Position numbers and translations under genes: made by a program | Part shown: in pieces, positions 40,701 to 49,465 of the stretch | Numbering within the stretch: the first letter of the stretch is position 1 | How the letters are laid out: each line of letters starts with the position of its first letter | Assembly: GCF_001949145.1 (NCBI RefSeq) | Contig: NW_019091359.1 | Location: forward strand, 827,838-891,837 | Origin: Acanthaster planci | Taxonomy: Eukaryota | DNA length: 64,000 nucleotides | Direction of reading: 5' to 3' | The notes under the pieces: generated by a model | The model's input: only the letters and a program-made list of their open reading frames with translations | What the model was told of the DNA's origin: nothing | Databases searched by the model: none

Positions 40701-41512
40701 CCTTTGATCACAGCTGGAAGATATGCACTCAGCCCGGGTACGTCATTCCAAGAATATTAAATCTGTAAATAGATGTAGCCATGCTGTCCTTTCTCAGAAA
40801 TCACCCCGATTAACAAAGGTTAAATGATGAATCCAAGTGATTTTTACCAATGATAGGCACTTGCGTCAAAAAAGATAAGAGGCTGCTTAGGACATTTTAT
40901 CTTCATCCCTTTTAGAAGTTCGATTCCCAGGCTCAGCATCACAGACAGAAACCCTAACAAGGGACTTTTTTCAAATCTTCTCTCACCAAGTGTATTGAAA
41001 CTTCGCAAGTATATCAAGACACCCATTATGAGTATGTCTGTGAAGATTCAGTTCAATCAGACATACATAGTCAGGTTTTTTTGCAGGTGTACCCGTCTTG
41101 GAAAATTGGGCATCTTGTGAAACTGAGTGTCTGATTCTATAACACTGGTGTAAAATGACAGCACAAGATTTTGCAGGAAAACAACTCCTAATGGCTTGGC
41201 ACAACGAAAAAAGTTTTGTGTGGATATCAGAGAGTATGTACAGAGAGCATAAATGTAACCCCCCCGGCTCTTCTAGGGTTTCACTCACTCTACTCACTAG
41301 CCTCAGAAATAAAAGATATTTTTGGAAGTTTAAGATTACAGAAGAAGTTACGGGAATTTTCTGACAAGTTTTAAGGCACATCAGGTCAATAACACCCTTA
41401 TTACATATATACAAAATATATACATGTATACCTTCCCCTGTCCTTGCTGTTTGAACTTGCTTTTGTCAATTTTAAGCTCTTCCATTTTGAAGCCTCTGGG
41501 CACTTCCTGCAT
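28710..41512 (-). CDS. PAH: Divergent phenylalanine-4-hydroxylase-like aromatic amino acid hydroxylase; whole CDS span, 14 coding exons, 1374 nt (457 aa; 448 aa from the second ATG)
   Basis: All exons have GT-AG boundaries and join in frame. Exon sizes 184, 68, 136+61, 136, 70, 57, 96, 134, 116 and 44 match human PAH exons 3 and 5-13. Contains the ACT domain, [24 protein letters not shown] and FAATIPRPF. Could be a PAH paralogue rather than the orthologue. Confidence 0.9.
30093..30208 (-). CDS. PAH: PAH-like exon 12 ([38 protein letters not shown])
   Basis: 116 nt, same as PAH exon 12; TTCAG acceptor and GTAAGA donor. Confidence 0.95.
30411..30530 (+). mobile_element. Degenerate tRNA-derived SINE fragment in a PAH-like intron
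   Basis: A-box-like TGGCGTAGTG, B-box-like GGTTCAACCT, followed by GTGGGTTTTCTCCG...GGTTTCCTCCC. Confidence 0.6.
30787..30920 (-). CDS. PAH: PAH-like exon 11 ([45 protein letters not shown])
   Basis: 134 nt, same as PAH exon 11; CCAG acceptor and GTCAGT donor. Confidence 0.95.
31480..31640 (+). mobile_element. Degenerate tRNA-derived SINE fragment
   Basis: B-box-like GGTTTGAACCCC, then GGGTTTTCAGT and GGGGTTTTCCTCC, resembling the 30.4 kb element. Confidence 0.45.
31714..31809 (-). CDS. PAH: PAH-like exon 10 with the iron-binding glutamate ([32 protein letters not shown])
   Basis: 96 nt, same as PAH exon 10; TTCAG acceptor and GTGAGG donor. Confidence 0.95.
32596..32652 (-). CDS. PAH: PAH-like exon 9 ([19 protein letters not shown])
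   Basis: 57 nt, same as PAH exon 9; nearly identical to human [19 protein letters not shown]. Confidence 0.95.
33250..33319 (-). CDS. PAH: PAH-like exon 8 with the two iron-binding histidines ([23 protein letters not shown])
   Basis: 70 nt, same as PAH exon 8; TTACAG acceptor and GTGAGT donor. Confidence 0.95.
33779..33914 (-). CDS. PAH: PAH-like exon 7 ([46 protein letters not shown])
   Basis: 136 nt, same as PAH exon 7; catalytic-domain motifs; TTCAG acceptor and GTAAGC donor. Confidence 0.95.
34579..34639 (-). CDS. PAH: PAH-like exon 6b ([20 protein letters not shown])
   Basis: IPQxEDVSQF motif; TTGCAG acceptor and GTAAGT donor; 61 nt (136+61 = 197 = human exon 6). Confidence 0.93.
35388..35523 (-). 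CDS. PAH: PAH-like exon 6a ([45 protein letters not shown])
   Basis: Aligns to GQPIPRVEY...THAC; CAG acceptor and GTGGGG donor; 136 nt. Confidence 0.92.
36099..36166 (-). CDS. PAH: PAH-like exon 5 ([23 protein letters not shown])
   Basis: 68 nt, same as PAH exon 5; aligns to [23 protein letters not shown]; CAG acceptor and GTAAGC donor. Confidence 0.92.
36294..36485. mobile_element. Small hAT-like MITE in a PAH-like intron
   Basis: CAGCGTTGTAGCTGAGTCCCGTCACAAGTCC pairs with GGACTTGTGATAGACTCAAATACAACACTG; flanks GAAACAAT and AAAATAAT match 6/8. Confidence 0.65.
36937..37016 (-). CDS. PAH: PAH-like exon 4 ([27 protein letters not shown])
   Basis: WFPR...HP motif; CAG acceptor and GTGAGT donor; 80 nt, 3 codons shorter than human exon 4. 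Confidence 0.92.
37971..38620. repeat. Degenerate tandem array (three units of about 100 nt, then 149-nt units) overlapping the PAH-like exon 3 donor
   Basis: GAGCAA...CTCTGAGGT...GTCCTCA core near 37971, 38074, 38171, 38328 and 38477; CCTTACCTGT at 38272, 38421 and 38570. Confidence 0.85.
38576..38759 (-). CDS. PAH: PAH-like exon 3, ACT domain ([14 protein letters not shown]...GENDT)
   Basis: HIESR motif; 184 nt, same as PAH exon 3; TTTTTTGCAG acceptor and GTAAGG donor. Confidence 0.92.
39626..39736 (-). CDS. PAH: PAH-like exon 2, start of ACT domain ([37 protein letters not shown])
   Basis: CAG acceptor and GTAGGT donor, 111 nt, phase 0-0; aligns to PAH [22 protein letters not shown]. Confidence 0.88.
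41432..41512 (-). CDS. PAH: PAH-like coding exon 1 ([27 protein letters not shown])
   Basis: Acceptor TTTTCACAG ending at 41539 (implies an upstream non-coding exon); ATGs at 41512 and 41485 (AAAATGG context); phase-0 donor AAG|GTATAC compatible with the next exon. No homology support. Confidence 0.65.
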
Positions 41513-42584
41513 TCACTGTTGATTTTTAAATTTCAAACCTGTGAAAATTTAAATAAAGCAGCACATGCAGAAAATTTTATAACTTAACCTCTGTTAACAT
41601 TTAATATGAGAGAATCAAGCTAAGACATTCATGCATAGTGAAGCAAAGACCGGTTAATACTACAGACAAATATGAAAGAAAAGCAAATTTGATGTCACAA
41701 AAGATTTGCAGCCAAATTTTGCTCGAGTTGAAAGGTGTTCAATTTTTCAAACGTGCAGTGTGAAATGTTTCATCTGACGTCACAAATCCGTATTTTCGTT
41801 CGCTCTCTCAAAGAGTAAGAACCCGCATTCAGAGTAGAGAGGTCTGAGATTTGTCAGTATTGCCTTTCACACCAGAAATTACATAATAGAAACACAGCAA
41901 ATTAACATGGTTTTCCCTAGAGAAGTTGACCTTCATTTAACAGAAGAGCTGTTTAAAGCTTTATAGAGGAATTTATAATTATTCATGTACTTGACAATAA
42001 AAGACAGCTTTTATGTAGAACACACATTATGAAACTGACAAGCAAGCAAACATGTCATTTTTTTTAAAACCTGACCTGTGGATGCATGCATTTTGTAAGC
42101 TTGCTAGAATCATAAAGAGGCACTCTGTAACTTCTACATTTCTTCAAGTCTGAATATAAATTTCACCACCATTTCATTTCATTGAAGTGAAATGTACACC
42201 AAATTTCAATGAGGATTACTCTTTCCACAATTACAAAAAAAAATAATAAGTAGTGTGGATTGATTCATAAATGTGGCCTTTCAGCTTGACTTTATGAATA
42301 TTGCTCCTCTCGTGGTACTACACATGGACCAAATGAATAATTTAGGACCCCAGGTTGTTGCTGTCAAAGTAATTGGCACTTTATAGGCCTTCGTGTTAAG
42401 CATCAATAATTAAATGCGATTCCAAGGTCTGGGCTAAGGTAAGGAACAGCAGGGTCTGGTCAAGGATGCGAAGTCTCGCAAACACATGTATGCTTCATTG
42501 GGTTAAGTTTGCTTTGAGACTGAGTGCAGACTTTGCGCTAGTGCCATCGAGTTGCCATTTCTGAGGGGTGGTACCTGTAACTAC

Positions 42585-42645
42585 GGCTGCATCCGAATCT
42601 GTTGTCTAGAGCTAGGTCTAGGTCTTCGCTCCATTGAAAGTACAT
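42585..42645. repeat. Dispersed repeat fragment with an inverted counterpart at about 53310-53370
   Basis: GGCTGCATCCGAATCTGTTGTCTAGAGCTAGGTCTAGGTCTTCGCTCCATTG versus reverse complement GGCTGTATCCGACGCTGTTGTCCAGAATTAGGTCTAGGTTTTCACTCCACTG. Confidence 0.7.
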
Positions 42646-45600
42646 GTACGTGGAGACGCGCAGACAGTAGACCTAGCCGTAGCTGTGGAAACCTGTTTTG
42701 GACAAGGCCTACATTCATATGTGCAAGATGTAGCACATGTGTGTCTGGCAAGTTCCTTCTAACACTCTGAAAGGCCAGGGCTGAGCAAGTACTCACAGAG
42801 GCCAGTTAACATGGCCGTCTGCAGCAATAACTTTGCATATGCCACTGTACACACAGTGGACACTGCCCCCCTTATGATTTTTCTCCATATGCAGTGTATT
42901 CATGGTGAGCCTAAGGCACCGTACAGTGCTTTTTCAAGAATCAGTTTTAGAAAGCTCGCCAACTTTTCAGTTCTTGGAAAATGGTTTCATTCATGCATAA
43001 GTTTATGTGGTTCAGGTTGAGGAATTTATTGGCAGCTATGCAACTATTTGTGAACTTCCAGCTTTCCAAGTCGACTTTGTTTTGGGGGTTAATGGCCTGC
43101 ATGTAAGCCTTTTTTCTTGCATGCTTATTTTTCATATTTCAAAATTTGAGAATTTATTTTGAGGAATTCAGAGCAATTACAGGCTTTTTATTTTTCTCTT
43201 TTTATAGTAGTGAGGAACTCATCCTCTTCAAAACTACTTTGCAGTAACAAATAAAAAAATGAGCTTTACAACACCTACCAAACTGGAGATAACTACATCC
43301 ATCCAAATGTGTTCGCAAATTTGTTCACAATTTTACATTGAAAGTAACTAATTAATGAAACCCAGCACTAAGTTTGTTTTTCTTCAAAAACAAAAAAAAA
43401 AGAATATTGTCTTATCATGCCCAATGCAGTTTTTTTTAAAAAAGAATCTAGATACATTTTGTATACCAGTTAGCAGCACTAAAATACATGTATTTCAGAG
43501 ACAATCACTGTCGATTGTGTAGCGTTACTTAATTATTGCACATGTGCTACTGTACATGTGTGATACACATTAACTCATAACAACTGGCTTTGGCATCGGA
43601 CACTGTGGCCTCGGCCTCGAATGGCATTGACTCAGTCTTGGCCTTGCAGATTGTGGACTTGACTCCAATGCTGAATATGTTGACCGTGATACCATAGTGA
43701 TACACAACTTGTTAGAACTAGGGGAAATAGTTCCATATATTTACATATACATCTATATATGAGTGTCGCTGGTAGTGGTCAAACTATTTTCTACAAGAAA
43801 ACCTCAAAATTTTCCCTGAAATGTTTGACTTTTTAGGTCATATTATTGCTTTCAGATGGCTAATACTAACAGGCCTAGGTGACAGTAGTGTTGTGTAGGC
43901 CAGGGAAAAACTTAGTTGTGCCCATACTGGCATTCTGGAAAGAGTTCCACATCATACACATACATGTATGGACTAGCAATGAGGTCACTAATGCACCTCT
44001 ATGTCCCTGAGGGACTGTGAAAGACCAGAAGAGGGTTCAAGGGAAATAGGACTCTCTCCTGGTCATTAACAGGCCTGAGGGGTATGGGCGTGCACTAGTG
44101 ACCGAATTAGGCCAGTCCATATGTGTTTTATAACACAACTCAAACTAGCAAAATAATCTGTCTGGGTTTTAACTCTTTTAATTCAACTTTCAATCACACT
44201 TCAAAAATTGCCAAAATATTGAAGGTTCATTTTAGTTTTCATGGACGAAGTCTAATTTTGAGTTGCTGTATACAGCTAGGAAGAGAAATCTTCCAGGGTT
44301 TGAACTGTTTCATTTCAGGACAACTTCCAGAGGGTGCAATAACCAGTCAAACATTTTTGAGACTAGTGCCTGACTGGGCACTAGTCTCTGGAATTGATAT
44401 GTGCACGCAATGTCTAGGCTACTCACTCTAGGCACATGTCAAGTCACGCTGCTGCCAAATTCATGTAGCCTACATAGTGAACCACATGTGACCGTATTTC
44501 AGCCAATCAGGATAAAGAACCAGGAAGAGGTGTGTTATGAAGGCCCCTAGTACTAGAGCCTACAGACAAACTACATTGTAAGTTTCCCTTAAAATGTTAT
44601 CACAGACACCAGGAAGTGATAACATGCCATAAAAAGTGACATTTACATGTACCCGTAGGCATGGAGGTGAGAAAATTCAGAAGCATTTACCGAGAAAACA
44701 CTTGGGTTCAAGTCTTATCATGGGGGTAGGGTCTTTTTACTAGGTCTGAGCACAGGGGCACAAGTTCAAGTGTTGTTGTCCGTATACAGAAATCTTTCCG
44801 GAATTCTATAAGCCTTATTGCTGATACCGCATCATGGGCATGGGTGGTTTTGCACAATGGCAGAAAGGCATTGTGGGAAGGAAAGAGGGGCAATATTTGC
44901 TCCTTTTCATGAGGTATCAGCAAATAACTAGCTACCCTTCCATGTGTAAGCCACCGAGGATGGCCTTTTCATCAAATACTGGAAAGATGATATAGCGACG
45001 TCTGGCGAGGTGTAACTGCAGTCTTCTCAGCTTGTACTTTTCGTGGGTTGTGTTTCATGCCTTCCAAGTTAGTTCCATACATGCCTACGTTTTAAAATGA
45101 GGGCCCAGGGGCTAAGTGGTCAAACACGAACATGACGAAGAGGTGCCCTGAAATAAAGGAATGCTAATTTTATGCAAGCTGTTAGGCTATCCATAAAACA
45201 AACAAGTAGCCACTTTTCTTGTAAATTTACCCATAATTTACCGATATATTACATCCATAGACCGACCTCCATGATGTATTTGACCTGATGAACCTAATCA
45301 CGATACGTACAAGTAGGTCGCCCTCTGTTGTTGCCTAGTGCAAAATTTTTAATGTACAGTACAACGTGATGTTTCAGTGCCTGGCTGCCGTACGTTTGTT
45401 TGCTGTTCTTTTTGTCAATCCAAATACAAATAAATTGACTGTGGATCCATATTGATCAATTGATTGGGGATGCATTCGTTAGGCGGTTGAAAATAATGCT
45501 TCCCGCAGGTTACTGGAAAATATTTGACCAAAGGGTCTGCTCTTAAACTTTTACGTCGAACGTGTAGTTGTAGGGCCTATTTCTCCTATCTATTGGCCTG

Positions 45601-47154
45601 CTAAAACCACGCGTACGGCTGGCAGTCAGTGCCAAAGTAAAAGAATTACATATATTAACAAATGTGTTCAACATCCCAAGCAGTTTTCAAAACAAAAGAT
45701 AGAAATAAATACTAATACAACGTTCAATGGAATGAAAATACCTTTTGAACGAAATTGAGGTAAAATCGAAAATCAAAACCAATTCAATGTGTGTTTTTTT
45801 CCTGCAAACATTTGCCGCCCACACACTGTATGCAAAATGAGAGTGATCTTTTGGAGGGCGCACACTTAAACCACACGTGACAACATAATGCTTCAGGTCT
45901 ATCATATAACCTATGAATAGTCGATAGCGGACTTTGCCCAAAGAACAATCCCCGCTGGTACGTGGTTGGCGGATTCATGGGGGGAGAGTGAGGGTACACA
46001 CGGCACTGGTAGGTTACTCCTGGGGAGGAGTCCGTAATCCTTCTTGGGAGCCCCAACTCGAAATTAAATGAGCACAACCGACAAGCAGGAATTCATCAGC
46101 TTTCGGTGTTACAAATAAGTGAACACCACGTATTCTCCCCTACAAGGGATGATTGTTTGGCATAATTTATTGCTGAATATAGACGCTGTACGAAAGGGGG
46201 GTAAATTTAGCAACAATAGCAACAAACGAAGCAAAACGCTACCAAGAACCGGACAGAGGTTGCCTTGCGCGAAAAGGTTACACCAAGACAGGTCACGTAC
46301 GTTATTTTGCCCCCTTCGTTTGTTCTTACGCTACATTAGGCGTTCAAGGAGCATTTCAAAGGAGTTACGGTACAGCGCAAAATTAGTCCTAATAATGACA
46401 ACAATGACATGTGCAGAGTGTACACCTACCTAAAGAAGACCAAAAAGAGCCAAAGGCTAAAAGTAATTAACTTGAACGAATAAGCGGCACACAGTACTGG
46501 CGCCAATCAAATGACATCAACTACCTCGTACAGCCAGACATTATCATGTGGCTACTATAATCTGCTACATGAGAGATAGGCCTACACAGAAATTAGTTCG
46601 TCCCGTTTTTTGTCATGACAATGAGCGAACGGATTCCCCTGAGGATAAAACAGAAACGTGAAAATTCTCAAATTTACCACTTCCCCCGATTTTGAATGAT
46701 GATCTTGGCGATTCACTTCTTTGATAATTATCTCTGTTATCAAAGTTTTTTTTATTACAGTGTCACTACCTCCGCTGTGTCGGTCCAATTATGATTTATG
46801 CACTTACTCCACGCATAATGATATTTATCATGCTTGAGTGACCGTTTCCTCATTAATTGCTATAGTGTACGGTAGCTCTGAAAACAAAAATGCAACTATG
46901 CAATGGCCATGCCATCCCTCAACATTGCATTGTTTTCAACAATAATATTAACAATACACCTTTCCACAAAAGAACTAATCCTTTCAGAGTCACTCTGATA
47001 TATCGTTTATTCTGGGCGCCTTTGCCTCAAAGGAAGTTACCGCCCCGACCTATTGCTAGGCAACTGGCAAAAACCTGACTTAACAAGAACGGGCGAAACC
47101 AGAGAGGATCAGTTCACGAAGGCCATCAGGAAAGAGCGACAGGACACGGCAGGG

Positions 47155-47197
47155 ATGTCAAGATATGTATTGGCAGCAGTGTGGATCGCTACCTACG
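47155..47197 (+). CDS. Secreted SRCR protein, exon 1: first half of signal peptide (MSRYVLAAVWIATY)
   Basis: ATG in GGGATGT, hydrophobic stretch, phase-1 donor G|GTAAGG that joins 48021 in frame. Confidence 0.65.
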
Positions 47198-48020
47198 GTA
47201 AGGCGGTGAGAATTAAATGTATTTTTCCTCAACTGCGAAATGAGAACATGGCTCTTAAACGATGCACATAAAAATAGAACAGACGCGGAAGGCGAGTGTC
47301 TAGATTAATGATCTTTTTTCAACGTAACTTTTTTTTTGGGGGGGGGGTGTTTTATCGTGAGAATATTGTAGGATTTGTATTAATATTCAAAGAATGTTTG
47401 GGAAATAACAAAGCACGAAATCGTAGGACAAAGTCTTATTCATTGTATTCAAACAGTCATTTTTCTGATAAGGAGAGCGATGAGCAAGGCCTTGGAATGA
47501 GATGGATGTTCCAGCTTTTACAGGAAGAAATTTTGGTTTGTTTTTAGGGATTCAGGCGGAGAGATCCCCCACGTTCATCAGTTGAAACAAAGTAAATGGT
47601 CAACAAGATGTTTTCAAAGCAATTTTCATGGAAAAATCTTCTTCCGTTTAAATTTAACCACGGCGCGTCATTCGATTTCGTGATTTTGAGCAGTCTTTCA
47701 ACACCCGAATTTAAACCATTTCGTCCCTTCAGATTCGTCTGAAACTTCGGAAAGAGGGTGATCAAGTATCCAATGCAATCAATCGGCAAACAGTTTCAAC
47801 ATGCTTCCATTCAGACTTTGTTTCTGTGGCATGAAATCCCAGATTCGCCTCTGCATAATATCAAAGTGGATTTTCCAAGGATAGAAAAATGCACAGAGAA
47901 GCCAAACTGATATAGAGAAAGACAAAATCGTTCACCTGTGGGTGAAAAAACAAAATTGAAGACATATTTCGTGAAAAGGAGACCCTACGTAGTCTATTTT
48001 CTCCTTTACCAATCTAAAAG

Positions 48021-48275
48021 TTCATGTCAGATCCTTGGGTGTGGCGGCCATCCCTTGCTACTTCGGCCAGGAACCGGACCCGAACCAAGGGGGCAGACTC
48101 CGCTGGGCCGTTGTGCAGCCTGCTACCGCCGGTGGGGGCCGGTGCTTGTGCACTAGCCTCAGGGCCGGGGCCGTCAATGTGGTGACACCTGCGAGACCCC
48201 GTGAACCGTTCTACTCAGACCGTCCACTGTTCACCGACGATCTGGGAGCGATACTGGACTTTTTCGACCTCGAAG
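48021..48275 (+). CDS. Secreted SRCR protein, exon 2: end of signal peptide plus unrecognised Cys-containing domain (VHVRSLGVAA-IPCYFGQEPDPNQGGRLRWAVVQ...RCLCTSLRAGAVNVVTP...FYSDRPLFTDDLGAILDFFDLE)
   Basis: Pyrimidine tract plus AAAG acceptor at 48020; GC-rich open 255-nt phase 1-1 exon; G|GTGAGA donor; in frame with both flanking exons; several synonymous differences from the copy at 52.4 kb. Confidence 0.75.
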
Positions 48276-48738
48276 GTGAGAACAGAATTCCTTCTACTTT
48301 TCTAGATTTCATGCATATTGTACATTTTCTGCACACATGGGCAACACGCAAACAGTGAAGGGTGTCGCATTCTAATTTGAAAGTGTAGTGACCTTTTTGA
48401 GAGTTTTCTCACGGAGCCAAAAGAATTGGATTATTGTCTCAAATCGCCATCACCGGAGTCAAAAACTCCGTCCAATAGCAGTCAACATATAGTTCAACTA
48501 TGGATACCGCATGCAATTCAATATGTATAGCCTCTTTTTTGTGTGGTTTATGCCTAGGGGCGAACCCCGAGGCGCTCTCAAAATCAAACACAGAATGTCG
48601 TGCATTTTACAAATAGTTAGTTACTATCGATCCTGGCAAAATTCCGGGGTGTTGACTTCCAAATGAGGGTACTTTTTGAAACACATTAATGCATGATTTG
48701 AAGAGATGGTGCTTCGATGGATTCTGCTGGATTCTGGA

Positions 48739-49046
48739 CAGCGACGTATCTAGCTTTTGGTGTCAGGGGCGCAAGTTCAAAAGCGAATGCGGCTTTTGGC
48801 TCATTCAACATGATGTTGGGAGAGAAAAAAAATATGAAAAGGCTTACTTACGGTCTCGACATTCGGCTTTACTTTCGTGGTGTTGTTTTCTAAGGGTTTT
48901 GGTGCTCATACTGTAAATAAGTATCCGGATTATTTTCTTTCCTGCTCACCTTTATAATTATGAAGTACGGTAAAAAGGACAAAAAAAAGAGAAGAAATAC
49001 GTCAGGGGAAAGTTTCCCCCTGCCCCCCCCCCCGGATACGCCACTG
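48739..49046. mobile_element. hAT-type MITE in intron 2 of the SRCR gene, with 8-bp target-site duplication
   Basis: Ends CAGCGACGTATCTAG and CCGGATACGCCACTG; flanks ATTCTGGA (48731-48738) and ATTCTGAA (49047-49054) match 7/8. Confidence 0.8.
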
Positions 49047-49127
49047 ATTCTGAAGGTCCACAGTTCATACTCGGACTTCCCACTTGAATGCAGCGTTCCT
49101 ATGAAAACCATTCACCTCTCGCGTCAG

Positions 49128-49465
49128 GTTCCGCAATCTGCATTCGGCTCGTTGGGGAGAACGGACAACCACACCCAAATGAAGGGAGAGTCGAAGTGTA
49201 CTACAACGGTGAATGGGGAACAGTATGCGATGATTGGTGGGACCTTCCTGACGGTCATGTAGCCTGCCGTCAGCTCGGGTACCAGTCTGCCGAGAGGGTA
49301 TGGCAATCCGCACACCATGGAGAGGGAAGGGATCATATACATCTGGATGACCTGCGATGTACCGGAAATGAAACTAATCTGGGCGCTTGTCATCATTCGG
49401 GTTGGGGTTCTCACGATTGCTACCACTTCGAAGATGCAAGTGTACGATGCAATATTCACCGTTAA
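49128..49465 (+). CDS. Secreted SRCR protein, exon 3: scavenger receptor cysteine-rich domain (6-Cys group A type) and stop
   Basis: IRLVG...EGRVEVYYNGEWGTVCDD.W...VACRQLGY...LDDLRCTGNE..L..C....WG.HDC.H.EDASVRC; TCAG acceptor at 49127; TAA at 49463-49465. Confidence 0.95.

Noticed and set aside
28710..41512. Calling the hydroxylase TH or TPH (it has TH-like LLSARDF and TPH-like PFYTPEP)
   Set aside because: W326, L248, V379, [19 protein letters not shown] and the exon sizes all point to the PAH lineage.
44358..44387. Perfect 12-bp hairpin GAGACTAGTGCC/GGCACTAGTCTC
   Set aside because: Probably internal to a repeat relic; no evidence for an RNA gene or terminator.
45896..46080. GC-rich stretch giving GGRVRVH...SWGGV..PSW (SRCR-like) on plus or PGVTYQCRV (FN3-like) on minus
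   Set aside because: Stops in all plus frames, missing cysteines and no consistent splice pair; cannot support an exon or pseudogene.
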